NCBI GenBank assembly: GCA_009914755.4
Contig: CP068257.2
Span: 32,032,001 to 32,096,000 of the forward strand
DNA from: the human T2T-CHM13v2.0 reference genome, Homo sapiens
Direction of reading: 5' to 3'
Length of the DNA: 64,000 bases
The notes below the pieces were generated by a model. The model saw only the letters and a list, made by a program, of their open reading frames with translations. It was not told the DNA's origin and made no database searches. This document shows positions 1 to 16,634 of this stretch, piece after piece (the first letter of the stretch is position 1; each line of letters begins with the position of its first letter). A program made the position numbers and the translations under genes.

Positions 1-208
1 GTTCCTCCTTGCATTATGTCTGCAAATCGTTCTGGTGTCTGGTGGCATGCATTTGCAAGACATGGATACAGTTCATGGACGTGGACGAGGTCAGCTGGCT
101 TTTAGTGTCAGGCTTTAACCAACCTAGTTAAGAAGGACGCTGACTCTTACCATAAAAGCACTGCAACAAGATTGGAATTGGAGCTCCAACGAATTGGAGC
201 CATTCGTT

Positions 209-242
209 TTGTGTGTGTGTGTCTGTTTGCCTGTGTGTGTGT
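209..242. repeat. (GT)n / (TG)n dinucleotide microsatellite, interrupted
   Basis: tgtgtgtgtgtgtctgtttgcctgtgtgtgtgt read directly. Confidence 0.8.
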
Positions 243-2732
243 ACAGGGTTAATTACTTCTCTGCAAGGCAAATTTCCTGACCGGTTTTATTGTTCTAACA
301 CAGACAAAATGTTGTGTAAACACATATATCATTCCAGTGTGTTATCTATAATAGGAGTGTTCATTGTGGATCCAGTGTTTCACAAAAATCAATTCATTTC
401 CGCTCTGAACTTAAGATAGTAGATTTTAAAACCAAGTTATCTTTCAATTTCTGAAGTTATCTGAAACTCAGCTGCCCCAGTCTTGCAGAATTGGAGAATT
501 GCATTTTGGCCACTGATGAATGAAAGCTATATAGCTAGTAATGAGAGAAACCTTGAAAAATTGACAAGAAAATGAGTGCCATTCTTGGTATATAGCAGAT
601 TTCAATGAATAGTAGTTCCCTTTGCCTTTATTTTTCCTCTTTCCTGCACTTAATATAAAGAGCTAATATTAAAGTCATTAAATGAGAATAGATCTGTATT
701 ATAGGTAGCACTGCTTATTTTTAGACCCCTTCAGATACAGTTATTACAATTGTTGTTTTAATATTCTTTAAATGATTACAGGAGGAAGAAACTTGGTAGC
801 GGGGTTACCAGGATGTTAGCTCCATGAGGGCAGGGAGTGTATCGCTGTTGTCCAGGGGGCTAGCCCCAGGCCCTAGAGCAGCGCCTGCTGCCTGGCAGAC
901 ACGCAAGGGTTATTTGTTGGTTTATTAAATCAAGGAGTGTTTGAGGTCCTTCAAGCCTGGAGGCCCGAGGGCTCTGAGCTGGTACAGAGCAAGTGCTGGG
1001 GGCAAGAGAGACAGGTGGGGAGTGAAGGAGAGAGGCCCACTTGGGACTTGACTCTGAATGTCTGGGAAGTAGGAAGTTAATGTAAGTTTTAAGCAGGGGA
1101 GTCCCATGATGTGCTTTTGTTTAAAAATCTCCTTCTGAGTATCATGTGGGAGTGGATTGGAGGATGGATAGAGAGGAACATTCCATTGACTCGGCTTCCA
1201 GCTGTCTATGGATGTTGACGTTTCTACCTAGCCTTCTGCTTTATCTTTGTGATGAGGATAATGTGGTGTACTTTGTGAGGTCTCAGGAATGGTTTGAGAT
1301 GAATGGTAATTTGTGTAAACTTTCCGGAGTTTCTCTGAGGAAAAGAGAACCCCATAAAATTATTACTATTGATCAAATGAAATAGCAGTGTAAGACAAAG
1401 ATCAAGAATTATTTAGCTTTATAAACAAATTAATTGAGGTTATGAATATAGGTTTCTATAGGAGAGATTTTGTTTCCTTTTTTTAGTGAAAGAAATCTTA
1501 AATGTATGGGAATGAATCCTTAAAATAGCAGGCTTTTGCATTGTCTATAGAAGCTGTTCTCTTTGAGGAAGATCTGTTTTGTAAAATGCTGCTGTTGTCT
1601 GTCCAATCTGGAGTTTTAATTAGTATCAAAGGGAGGGAAATCCTGCAGTAATCGTAACCTTACTTTAATTCTTAGTTCAATTAGTTTTAAACCACAGTCA
1701 TTATCTGTTATCTTTAGTTGTTTTGATCTTGGTAGATGAAGTGATTAATATTACAGTTGTGATTTGGTAATTTAAAAAATAACATGTTTTTTCCTACTAC
1801 AAAAGGAATACATGTTTATTGAAGAAAACTTTTGGAAACATATATAAGGAAAGAAGACTAAAAGCCTACCAAGATCTTACCATCCAGTGATAATGACTGT
1901 TAATACCCTGTGAAGGTCAACATGCTCAAATTACCCAGCAGGTGCCTGGTGTGAAGCTACTTAGCCCGGGAGAGTTGAAGGCCTGTTAGGGACCACGAGC
2001 ACTGAAGGTGGCAGGACGGTCCAGGGCCAGTCAACCCAGACCTTTGTGGTTCTGGGAGGATGCGTCCTGGTGTTACTACACCTTATAGTTATTTAGGAGA
2101 ATGTGGGTTTAATATGAAATCTTCTGATTTTTATGTGGGCCACACTTTTTATTGTTAACACACTGGGGTTCAAAGCATACCTGAGGGCTGGATTCAGTCT
2201 TCGTTGCCTTGCCAGTTTGTAGCCTCAGGTACGTACAGTTTTGTAGCCTGTGTTTTTCACTTAATGTGTTGTATTTGCAGCCTTTTTTGCTACATCGTCA
2301 TATATGTAATCAGTCACTTATTGCTGGACCTATAGATTCTTTGTCTTTTTGCTTTTTAATAAAGATAGGTAAAATTCTTGGACCAAAAGTTGTTTGTAAA
2401 GCCTTTGCAGCATACCGCTCTCAGATGCATTCCCCCTATCATGTAAAAGGTACTTGTTTCCTGTTCTCTTACCAGGACTGGGTAAAACCATCTCCAAAAA
2501 CATCTTAGCCAATTTTATTTGTTTTAACTTGCATTATTTTCTGTATTACCAATGAGTGTGAATGATTATTAAATGCCTATTGGCCTTACACAAATTTATT
2601 TGGTAACCAACTTGTCTTGCTGGAACTCTAAGTTCCAGCAATGTTTTGGTCTTGCATTCAATGCTTCTCAGTCTTTGTGATTCCAGATAATATTAGTACT
2701 GTGTTAGTAGCAATAATTAGTACTAATTGTAG

Positions 2733-3108
<376 letters not shown>

Positions 3109-3285
3109 GTGATTGGGAAGTTCTGAGTTTAGTTAGCTGTTCAGTGAATGTTTGAGTACACGCTGTATATGCCTGGCATTGCTCTAGGTGAGTAGCCTTG
3201 AACCAAGATAGAATCTCAGCCCTCTAAGACTTCTATGCTTTTTTAAAAATTCTCGAGTTTTTCATACAGACCATCATGTTTATAA

Positions 3286-3635
<350 letters not shown>

Positions 3636-3644
3636 AATGTCTTT

Positions 3645-3761
3645 CTTTTTTTTGAGATGATGTCTTGTTATATCGCCCAGGATGGTCTTGAACTGCTGGG
3701 TTCCAGCAGTTCTCCTGTCGCAGCCTCCCAAAGTGCTGAGATTATAGGCATGAGCCACCAT
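3645..3761 (-). mobile_element. Alu left-arm monomer (FLAM-like or truncated Alu)
   Basis: gagatgatgtcttgttatatcgcccaggatggtcttgaactgctgggttc...cctcccaaagtgctgagattataggcatgagccaccat matches the reverse complement of the Alu left arm only. Confidence 0.7.
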
Positions 3762-3821
3762 AACTTGTATTTGTTTATTGGCATGGAACTTCTAAAACAG
3801 TGATGAATGCTTGTTACCCTT

Positions 3822-3888
3822 TAATTCCTTCCTTCTTTCCTTCCTCTTTCTCTTTCTTTCTCTCTTTGTCTCTTCTTTCTCTCTTTTG

Positions 3889-3890
<2 letters not shown>
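3822..3890. repeat. (TTTC/CTTT)n polypyrimidine simple repeat
   Basis: ttccttccttctttccttcctctttctctttctttctctctttgtctcttctttctctcttttgtc. Confidence 0.8.
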
Positions 3891-4169
<279 letters not shown>

Positions 4170-5058
4170 TTTGATTTTTTAAATTCACTTTAATTATCTT
4201 AAGTTCTGTTATACTCTAGACTCTTAGCAAGAGTCTAGAATCAACGTTAGTTATTAGTTCCGTATTTTGATTATGAGACAAGGTACAAAGCTGAGACTGT
4301 GTGATGAGAACCTTTGGAATGTATATCTGACCCAACACAGATCCCCTAAGTGCCCTTCAACCTACACATCCAATTTCTTCCTACCTCCTTCTCTACACAA
4401 AAGACATAATACATTGAACTCGGGTTGGGCACCTGACCAACCTGGCCCAATCAGTGTTCGTTTCTTCCCTGGAAATTTGAAACTAGGCTCAATAGAGAAG
4501 GATTTGGCCTTAATATGCTCAAGGACCCTAAGTAAAGGATTGGGAGTTATAAGCAGTTATGTTCTGCTGTCTGGGGACTAAGAAAGATGATTTATGGATG
4601 GGGAGAATAAAGTAACTGTCTAAAGAGAAGCAGAGAGAACACTACCTGACTCTCTGACAGCATTAAGCCACTCTCTTCCAGTCTGTTCTTGGTCCAGCTG
4701 CATTCTCGTTCTTGAGTTCTTAAGGTTACCTCCTTCCCCTTGATTTAGGTAGCTGGAGTTTCTGTTACTGTGAACTAAACATTCTTCTCATTCTTACCAC
4801 AATATTCTTTTTATGATACTACCTTGTCTCTTTTTTTTTTTCACTATGTCTAGGGACGTTGTGAATTTGTTATTATTTTCTCCATATAATAACATCAACA
4901 GTTAAGGATAGCAAGAAACATGGAAGTACCAAAATTTAATCTAATTCAGGCAATCACAATTTGATTGGAAAGGCCATTTTACAAATGCGGACTCTGGCTC
5001 GGACCTGTTTTAAACCGGTGTAGATCTCTAGCTGAGGGAAAACAGGAAGGAAGAAATT

Positions 5059-5395
5059 TTGAAGTTACTTTTAAATGTTGCAGAATTTCAGTGGTGTCAT
5101 TTCCTTTCACATCCATATAAAATGTTGACCTCCTGCAAAAACCAATACTAGGGACATTCACAGTGTACAGTATTATGTGCATCTGTATAGGGGGTGAGTC
5201 TGAATTCTGTTCAAGTGTGTAGCCACTGAAACAAGATTTTTTTTTTGTTTGAGGCAGAGTCTTACTCTGTCACCCAGGCTGGAGTGTGCAGCGGTGCAAT
5301 CTTGGCTCACTGCAATCTCTACCTCCTGGGTTCAAACAATCCCCCCACCTCAGCCCCCAGAGTGGGTAGGATTACAGGCACCACCATGCCTGGCT
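5059..5395 (+). repeat. Copy 1 of a local direct duplication (about 180 bp unique sequence plus Alu right-arm half)
   Basis: gaagttacttttaaatgttgcagaatttcagtggtgtcatttcctttcacatccatataaaatgttgacc...gtgtagccactgaaacaag then Alu; near-identical to 6180-6500. Confidence 0.8.
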
Positions 5396-5538
5396 AATTT
5401 TTTTTTTTTTTTTTTTGGTATTTTTAGTAGAGATGGGGTTTCGCCATGTTGGCTAGGCTGGTCTTGAACGCCTGACCCAAAGTGATCTGCCTGCTTTGAC
5501 CTCCCAAAGTGCTGGAATTACAGGCGTGAGCCACTGCG
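5237..5538 (-). mobile_element. Alu SINE (full length)
   Basis: tttttttttgtttgaggcagagtcttactctgtcacccaggctggagtgtgcagcggtgcaatcttggctcactgcaa...ggcgtgagccactgcg. Confidence 0.9.
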
Positions 5539-6179
5539 AAGGGCCTTGAAACAAGACTCTAAAGTGTACTGTCGAAATACCAAGAAGTTGAATCACAGAA
5601 TAGTTTACCTGGGGCTGGGCTTAGTTCTTAGATTAGCTTTCTGTGTCGTGGTGATGTCATGTATCAGGAATCCTTAACTTAAAAAAAACTCAGTGATAAG
5701 TTTAAGTAGTCCACTATCTAAATGCAGTTGGGTGGGGAGGTGGAAAAAGTGATAGGGAGAGAAAAAAGAGGATTGTAGGAGAGAGAAGGAAGAAAAAGGA
5801 AGGTTGCTTTATTGCCACAGTTTTCTTTATTCATAATTGTATTTGTATGAGCTTTTTCATTTCCAAGTGGAAGAAGCACAGCATTGAAATGTAGTGACTC
5901 ACATACCTGTCAAGTCCAAGGATTCTGATTGGCCTGGCATGATCGTGTGTCTGAACCCATCATATGACCAAGGGAAACGTGTACTCTCATTGGCTCTCCT
6001 GGGCCTTGGGTCTACCTTTTCCCCCAGTTGGTGAGACCAGTACCTAAACTCGTGGAATTAACAGAAAGCATTAAAGAGAAGTAGGATCTGTCAAGAGGAG
6101 AAAAAAACGCTAGGCAGGCAAAACAGATGGCCTTTACTCAGTGTATGATCAGTGTCATACAAATTAATAATTAATAATT

Positions 6180-7095
<916 letters not shown>

Positions 7096-7436
7096 AGAAG
7101 CTTTCTTGACCTTCTCCTTTTATCTCTGATTGTCAGTTTCCTCTTAGTTTCATTTCTTTCCATAAGCAGCTGTGACCTCAGCATGGGTCATTTCAGCTAT
7201 TTCCTTGCCCTGTTGCTCTGTTACATTTAGGACTTCCCAATTCCCTTTGAGGGCTTCTTATCCTTAAAATGTTGCTGTCGCCAGGGCTTTTCATACCCTC
7301 TTTTGACATTTCACTGGTCTTCCACGGCAGTCATTTTCACTGTATTTATCTGTCTGTACCTGGAGCGGTGTCTTTTTTTCTAACCCTGCATCGTGTAATG
7401 ATGATGTTCTGATAGGTGATTTTGTCTTTGTGCAAA

Positions 7437-7520
7437 CATCATAAAGTGTATGGTTGACCTTTGAACAAGGGAGGGATTAGGGGTGTTGGTCCCCAACACA
7501 GGCAAATCCACATATAAGCA
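7437..7520 (+). mobile_element. MaLR/ERVL-type internal-region repeat, left part (split by Alu insertion)
   Basis: tgtatggttgacctttgaacaagggagggattaggggtgttggtccccaacacaggcaaatccacatataag resembles the recalled MaLR (THE1/MST-int-like) internal consensus tgacctttgaacaacgtgggggttagggg...ccgcgtataac. Confidence 0.4.
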
Positions 7521-7807
7521 GGGCTCCGTGGCCCTTGCCTGTAATCCCAGCACTTTGGGAGGCCAAAGTGAGAAGGTTGCTCGAGACCAGGAGTTTGAGA
7601 CCATCCAAGCAACAAAGTGAGACTCCCATCTCTACAAAAATTTTAAAAATCAGCTGGGCATGGTGGTGTACTCTTGTAGTCCCAGCTACTAGGGAGGCTG
7701 AGGCAGGAGGATTGCTTGAGCCCAGGAATTTGAGGTTACAGTGACCTGTGGTTGTGCCAGTGCACTCCAGCCTGAGCGACAGAGCCAGATTCTGTTTTTA
7801 AAAAAAA
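7521..7807 (+). mobile_element. Alu SINE (older J-like) with TSD catataa
   Basis: gggctccgtggcccttgcctgtaatcccagcactttgggaggccaaagtgagaaggttgctcgagaccaggagtttgagacc...agcctgagcgacagagccagattctgtttttaaaaaaaa; catataa occurs immediately 5' and 3'. Confidence 0.88.
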
Positions 7808-8470
7808 TCATATAACCTTTTTGACTCCCCCAAAACGTAACTACTAATGACCTATTGTTGACCAGAAGCCTTACTGATAACATAGTCCATGAACGCATAC
7901 TTTGTATGCTATATGTATGATATATTCTATTCTTACAATAAACTAGAGAAAGGAAAATAGTATTAAGAAAATTATAAGGAAGATAAAATATATTTACTAT
8001 TCATTAAGTGGAAGTGGGTCATCATAACATTCTTCATCCTCATTGTCTTCACGTTGAGTAGGCTGAGGAGGAGGAAGAAGGGTTGGTCTTACTGTCTCAG
8101 GGGTGACAAAGGTAGAAGAAAATCTGAATATGAGTGGACCCACACAGTTAAAACTCATGTTATTCAAGGGTCAACTACTTATACAAACCGAGGTGGTATA
8201 GCCTACTATACACCTAGGTTATATGTATAGCCTATTTTGCTCCTTGGTTACAAACCCCTACAGCCTGTTACTATACTGAATACTGTAGGCAGCTGTAACA
8301 CAAGTATTTACAGTGGTATTTGTGTATCGAGACATATCTAAACATAGAAAAGGCACGGTAAAAATATGCTGTTACAATCTTACGGGACCACGATTGTATG
8401 TGCAGTTCATCATTGACTCAAATGTTACTGGCTGCATGACTGTACCTACTGGATCCATTGGGCGCTTAAA
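7808..8470 (+). mobile_element. MaLR/ERVL-type internal-region repeat, right part
   Basis: tcatataacctttttgactcccccaaaacgtaactactaatgacctattgttgaccagaagccttactgataacata...cattcttcatcctcattgtcttcacgttgagtaggctgaggaggaggaagaagggttggtcttactgtctcagggg matches a recalled ERVL-MaLR internal sequence; family assignment from memory only. Confidence 0.4.
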
Positions 8471-9518
8471 ACTTCAATACATCTAGAGCATTGCTCACCT
8501 GCCACCTTTCTTCTGACCAACCTCTTCCTCTGTCTGTATATCCCATCTTGGTGAATGATACTATTATCTATCCTTTTGTTCATTGTTTCAGCAGTTATTT
8601 ATTGATTACTTACTGTGTGTCAGATAGTCTGTGGTATAATTTTATATCATTTTGTTCCTGATTCCTAGCACATAGCTTCCAAAATCTTTGGAATTTCCTG
8701 AGTGGTGGGAGTGTCTTCTTATTCATAATGAGTCCTTTTGGATCTTATCTGAGTTCATGCTAATGAACTGGCTCCTGGGGATGAGGGGCTGGACACCCTC
8801 AGAATTGGGGGTGGTCCGGAGGAAGCAGTCAGGAAACTGCAGGATTGGAGGGTTGGAACTTTCAGCCCTCCGCCACCACCAGCTCCAGGGAAGAGAGAGG
8901 GACTGGAAATTGAGTTCAGTCACGTGGTCAGTGATCTACTTAATCATGCCTATGCAATGAAATTGCAAACGAAAGCCCTGGAACTGTGAGGTTCGGAGAG
9001 CTGGGTTGGTGAACCCATGATGTGCAGAAAGGTGAGTGCCTATATTGCACAGAGGAGGAGAGGGCATGGAAGCTCTGTACTTCCTCTCCCCCATGCTTTG
9101 TGCAGTGAGTCTCTTCCATTTGGCTGTTCCTGAGTTGCACAGAGCTTTTCCATGTTCGGTGAGTTGTTCTAGTCAATTACTTAACTTGAAGTGGAGTTAG
9201 GGGAACCCCTAAATTTGTAGTCAGCCTGGCAGAAGTGCAAGACTTGAGGCTGGCATCTGAAGTGGGGAAGTCTTATGGGACCAAGCCCTTGATTTGGGGA
9301 GTCTGCACTAACTCCGGTAGTGTCAGAATTGAAATGAATGGTAGGACACCCAGTTAGTGTTGGAGAACATTTTTTAGAACTCAGTCTGCCTATAGTATTT
9401 TTGAATACTGTGTCTATACACAGTATAGACTTAGTACCTGCCCTTAAGCTAGATAGGTGAACAAGCAATTATAATTTAGCTTTGTAAGCTATTCATGGAC
9501 TAAGTCAGCAGCCTGTAC

Positions 9519-9822
9519 TTTTTTTTTTTTTTTTTTTTTTTTTTGAGATAAAATCTTGCTGTGTCACCCAGGCTGGAGTGCAGTGAGATGATCATTGATC
9601 ATGGCTAACTGCAGCCTCAACCTCCCAGGCTCAGGCAATCCTCTCACCTCAGCCTCCCGAGTGGCTAGGACCACAGTTGTACACCACCACACCTGGCTAA
9701 TTTAAAAAAAAATTTTTGTAGAGATGGGATCTCACTGGTCTCAAACTCCTAGGCTCAAGCAGCCCTCCCACCTCAGCCTCCCAAAGTGCTGGGATTAGAG
9801 GTGTGAGCCACTGCACCCAGCC
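9519..9822 (-). mobile_element. Alu SINE (older J-like) with about 30-nt poly-T
   Basis: tttttttttttttttttttttttttttttgagataaaatcttgctgtgtcacccaggctggagtgcagtgagatgatcattg...gaggtgtgagccactgcacccagcc. Confidence 0.88.
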
Positions 9823-10094
9823 TGGATTCTATCTGATGCTGAAGTCGGTGGCTTGATTCTGTCAATTCAGCCTCTGAAAGGTCGTTTGAATTCACCCTTT
9901 CTAGCCCCACTGCTCTGGTCTTAGTCCAGGCCTTTATATATTTTTTCACTTTACTACTTTGCTCTTAATGGTTGCTGCTTCCTGACTCGTCTGGCTTCTC
10001 TGTTCCACTTCATTTTACACTCACATGTTGCCAAAATAATCTTTGTTATGTGCTGCTCCCACAATAAGATCTTTCCCCGTGCTTTTATCTCCTA

Positions 10095-10620
10095 AGGTGG
10101 TGGACCTCAAGCCTTTTGGTATCAAAACCCTTGTGTCCTCTTAAGTGATTGAGGTCCCCAAGGAACTTTTCTTCATGTGGATTTTTGTCTTATCATTGTC
10201 TGCCAGATTAGAAATTAAAACCAAGAAATTTACACTTAAAATAGCTGTAATAAACCTATTACATGTTAACATAAATAACATTTTTATGAAAACTGTTCAC
10301 AAAACAAAAAAATTTAGTGAAAAGTGGCCTTGTTTTACATTTTTTGCAGATCTCTTTCATGCCTCACTGAATAAAAAGATGGCTGAATTCCATAACTGCT
10401 CCTGTAGTCAGTTTGTTGTGAAACGTTGTTTTGGTTGAAATAGTTGAAGAAAATCTGGCCTTATACAGATATGTAGTTGGAAAGAACAGGAGTCTTTTAG
10501 TGGCATTTCCAGAAAATTGTGGTTATTTTGTGATACTGTACCAAAACTTGACACTGGGTAGTTTCTTAAGGATTGGTTGCAGTGTAGAATCTGAAGTCAT
10601 ATAAGTGAACTTTTTATCCT
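10095..10620 (+). mobile_element. Tigger-family (TcMar) DNA transposon fragment, 5' portion
   Basis: ggtggtggacctcaagccttttggtatcaaaacccttgtgtcctcttaagtgattgaggtccccaaggaactt...aaacctattacatgttaacataaataacatttttatgaaaa...aaaaatttagtgaaaagtggccttgttttacattttttgcagatctctttcatgcc...gaagaaaatctggccttatacagatatgtagttggaaag closely parallels the recalled Tigger/MER consensus cagtggttctcaaactttttggtctcaggacccc...aaacccattacatgttaacataaataacatatttta... Confidence 0.55.
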
Positions 10621-11416
10621 CTGTTACAATAAAATCTGTTGATCCATCCTATACTTTGAATGGCTATTTTACCCCTGTTTGATTTGACCAATACATACAA
10701 CATCATGTATTGGTCATTTGGAAAATACTGGGTCACTGAGTTATGTAAATCTTACAAATGTTGACACATTTCATTAAACAATATCACAAAATCGTGTTTG
10801 TTATCACCACCCATCTTATTAGAAAATTCTTTAAATGTTGAGAAGCAGTCTAGCTCATAATGGCAGATACAAGTTTTCCAAAATTCTAATTTTCACCCCA
10901 AATTCAAATTTTATCATGAACAGCAAGTACTGTCAGTTGTTTTTCTTGCAGCATCAGGCTTGCTTTATTTTTGAGAAACTGTGCCAGATACCCAAATCTG
11001 AATAATCATAGTTTTTTTTGGTTGTTGTTTTGCCAAATAAAAATCGAGTTCCTGTAAAAAAAAAATGGCTAGTTTAGCTCACAACTCAAATGATTGCACA
11101 GTGATTTTCTTGGACATTGTTGTTTGGTGTAGCACATAAATGCTTTGAGTATCTAGTCATACAAGCATTAAGCATGTGTACTCAAGGGCTGAGATTTAAT
11201 AAAGTAATAATTTTTCATGATTCATCAAAGACATCCTGTTGTAAAACTGACTTTTTTTTTTTTATGTGAGTGTTTGGCAGTGAAGAATCCAGTGACCACA
11301 CTGGTACAGTTTGGTGCCACTGCTAAGGTGGGAGCAGTTTTACCCACCATTGTTTTTGTATCAGTGTAAATAAAATCACAGTGAAAAGAGCAGGTCTTGC
11401 CTGAGTACCATCATGA

Positions 11417-11758
11417 TGATATGGTTTGGCTGTGTCCCCACCCAAATCTCATCTTGAAATGTAGCTCCCATAATTCCCATGCGTTATGGGAGGGACCTGA
11501 TGGGAGATAACTGAATCATGGGGGCAGTTCCCCCATACTGTTCTTGTGGTAGTGAGTGAGTCTTAGGAGATCTGATGGTTTTCTAAGGGGTTTCCCCTTT
11601 CATTTGGCTCTCATTTCTCTCTTGTGACCGCCATGTGAGACATACCTTTTGCCTTCCACCATGATTATGAGGCCTCCCCAGCCACCTGTAACTGTGAGTC
11701 CATTAAACCTCTTTTTCTTTATAAATTACCCAGTCTCGGTGAAAATGAACTAATACAC
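11417..11758 (+). mobile_element. THE1-type MaLR solitary LTR (about 342 bp)
   Basis: begins tgatatggtttggctgtgtccccacccaaatctcatcttgaaatgtagctcccataattcccatgcgttatgggagggacctgatggg and ends cattaaacctctttttctttataaattacccagtctcggtgaaaatgaactaatacac; THE1/MST consensus begins TGATATGGTTTGGCTGTGTCCCCACCCAAATCTCA and ends ...CTAATACA. Confidence 0.8.
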
Positions 11759-13243
11759 GTAAGAATTTTGACCATCTGAACCCCCATGAAAGGGTCTTAG
11801 GACTCCCAGGGATCCACAGACCACAAGAGAATTGCTGCCTTGTAGGATAAAATCTAAACCTTCACTCACAGTTTAGAGTGCATTATGCTGTATCCCTGTT
11901 GACCTTCCCCTTTTCCTCTTCTATTTCTCTTCCATCTGGATCTCACCATAGAATGTTCTTTTGTCACTTTAGCTTTACAGTTTATTTCCCTTCTGCCTCC
12001 CCCTATCTGTCCCTTATCCTTTAGGCCTAACTGGGTGTTACTGAAGTGAAAATACCCGTACCTGCCGCAGCTATGAGTCATTTTCCCTTTGATTTCCAGC
12101 ACTGAACTTTTGGCTCTACCTCTTTCCATCTATTTTCTAGGGACCTCTGATTTAAAGTTCCGAATTTACAAATCCCATCATAACAGGAAAGCATTTTACA
12201 TCCCTCTTGTGACTTAAACTTAATTTATACTAATATTTTTCATTTTGAACCTTCTTATACCTAATTAAATGAAACATTTGAGCAAATAGGTGATGGGGTA
12301 TTGCCTTTTTTGGGGTCTTCTGTTCTGTCAGAAATGGTATTATAGTTAGGTCTAGCCCAGGGAAAAAACTGATTTCCTTTAACAGTTATTTGAATGATAC
12401 CCATTTTCCTAATCAGGAAGGTTTCTTGGTATTATCTAGGTACTGGGTTTTATGCTGCCAAGTTCATCAGTTAAATGGCCTTTAGATAAAGGACAGGTTG
12501 GAGTTGTGCTCAGCTCATATAAAATGTGCTTTAGAAGGACTTCTGGTATTATCTGACCCACACTGCCCCTCATGTCACACATGTTTCTGCACGTACACAG
12601 GATGAGTACTGAGTACCCTTCATGTTTCAGGGATTCTGCAGGTCTTTCACATATGCCATCTAAAATTTGTTTTTCACAATTTTGTGAACTAGATGACAAG
12701 ATCCTTGTGTTACAGATGAGGACCTCGAATTTGCTGCCATTTGTGTAATGAAAATATAAATGGCATAGTGAGTAGCTGAACTTAAATAAAAAATCATTGA
12801 CTTACCACATAAATAATAGTATTATAACATTATAAAACAAGATTTGGTATAAATGAGCTTTCATCAGTATAGACACATCTCAGGCATTAGTCTACCTTGC
12901 CTAGAAGGAGCAGGAATTATTTATTGAGCACTGTTTTGGATATATACTGAAGTTCCCTCAAATTCTAATGTCTCATAACTCTTCAGGCAGTTATAGTAAT
13001 TGCTGGATATACCAGGAAGTTATGCCTGTAATTACTGCTCAGAAATGAAATATGTAAACTCTAGCATTATATTCATACTGGTTTTATTATGAGATATATT
13101 ACCTTTTAGATTTCTTATAAGATCTATTTTTTAGATTTAGCTTACAAAGCCATTAACTGTTATAAAATTATACTGTAAATTATAAGCTTTAGTTAGATGG
13201 GCCGTTAGGCCCTAGCTTTGCTGGCAACTGTAACCTTTTATGA

Positions 13244-13715
<472 letters not shown>

Positions 13716-13904
13716 TCTGATGATTAAATTCTAAAACCAAGAGTTATTTAAAAGATTTTGTAGACAGTGGGGGTTGGAACTTGAAAGTGACCCATCAGCT
13801 ATGTAGCTACTAGCATTTTCCTAAAAAGTCCTCAGTGAGGCAGCTGGACAAGGTTGAGAGGCAGGCAGCATAGCCAAGGGATTCTGGAGCCAAGCTGCTC
13901 AGCT

Positions 13905-14398
13905 ACTGTCTTAGCCCACTTCGTGTTGCTGTAATAGAATATCTGAGGCTGGGTAATTTATAAAGAAAAAGGTTTATTTGGCTCACAATTCTGATGGCTA
14001 GGAAGGTCAAGTTAGAGCATCCGGTGAGGTCCTCAGGTTGCTTCCACTCAGTGTGGACTCCTGAATGTGATGTGGATGTGAAGAAACTGGAATCCTCATA
14101 CATTGTTGGTGTGAATGTAGCTTGGTGCCGCTGCTGTGCTAAGGGGAGCTAGAGAGTGCAGAGGTCACATGGTGAGAGAGGTAGTAGGAGCGGGATGGGA
14201 AGGGGCCAGGTTGTTAACAGCCAGCTCATGTGAGAACTAAGAGTGAGAACTCACTCACTCTTGGGGAGGGCCTTAATCTATTCATGAAGGATCCACCCCA
14301 TGACCTGAAAACACCTCCCACTAAGCCCCACCTCCCTACACTGCCACAGTGGGGACCAAATTTCAACCTGAGATTTGGTGGGGACACATAGCAGTTAC
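13905..14398 (-). mobile_element. MaLR (MLT1/MST-like) LTR in reverse orientation, with an embedded about 66-bp L1-like segment
   Basis: ttgctgtaatagaatatctgaggctgggtaatttataaagaaaaaggtttatttggctcacaattctg...gtgagaactcactcactcttggggagggccttaatctattcatgaaggatccaccccatgacc...ccacagtggggaccaaatttcaacctgagatttggtggggacaca is the typical reverse complement of a MaLR LTR. Confidence 0.55.
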
Positions 14399-14580
14399 TA
14401 GCTGTGTAACCATAAGCAAGCTATTTAACTTTTCTGTGCCTCAGTTTCCTCATCTGTAGAATGAGGTCGATCACAGTTCCTGTCTCATAAGATTGTTGTG
14501 AGGATGTTAAAACAGCGCAGTGCCTCACTAAATAGTAAACACTGTATAAGAAATGATTGTTATTATTCTTATCACCTGTG
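14397..14580 (+). mobile_element. MIR SINE (ancient tRNA-derived SINE)
   Basis: ctagctgtgtaaccataagcaagctatttaacttttctgtgcctcagtttcctcatctgtagaatgaggtcg...tgtgaggatgttaaaacagcgcagtgcctcactaaatagtaaacactg matches the MIR core ...tgtgtgaccttgggcaagtcacttaacctctctgtgcctcagtttcctcatctgtaaaatgggg... Confidence 0.7.
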
Positions 14581-14797
14581 ATCCAAGCCTGGAATTTATA
14601 ATTTAAGATACGAATGAAGTTATTATATGTAGTTTTGTTACCAGTTGATTATATGACCTCTCTTAATTTCTCAGTTGCTCTTTCCATCATCTGGAAGCTT
14701 CGCCATTTGTTTTAACCTTTGAAGAGATGAGAGGAAAAGATGCATGATAGGCTTAAATTGCTCTCATCTACTTATAAAAAATAATTAGACATAACGT

Positions 14798-16290
<1,493 letters not shown>

Positions 16291-16634
16291 ATTTCGACAT
16301 GACGTTTTTTCCAAGTTTACCTTAGTTGTAATTTTGCCAAAATACTTTCTTAAACCATTTTATTGTAATTTTAGGCTAAGATCATTTGCACTTTATATAT
16401 AGTTGAATGAAATATATCGTAGTTGTTTTATTCTCTTGTAAATCTAGAAAAGATGAAAAATGAAAGCCATGAGAGTTTTAAGTATGTCTTTGCCTTGTGC
16501 AGATATTCTCAAAGGGTATTGTGGAGCCCTTGGGGCTCCTTATGACCTTTTCAAAGGGTCTGCAGGTTCAGGTTATTTTCATAGTAATTGTTGAGAGTTA
16601 TTTGCTTTTCAAATTTTTATTTATTTATTTATTT

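Noticed and set aside
8000-8100. Purine-rich ...gaggaggaggaagaagggttgg... tract that could be mistaken for a GA-microsatellite or regulatory element
   Set aside because: It is part of the MaLR/ERVL internal-like repeat (7808-8470), in which this motif is a conserved consensus feature (…ttgagtaggctgaggaggaggagg…).
10145-10438. 97-aa ORF MIEVPKELFFMWIFVLSLSARLEIKTKKFTLKIAVINLLHVNINNIFMKTVHKTKKFSE…
   Set aside because: It falls inside the Tigger-like DNA transposon fragment (10095-10620) in its non-coding 5' region. It is AT-rich and lysine/asparagine-heavy, as expected of chance ORFs in AT-rich DNA.
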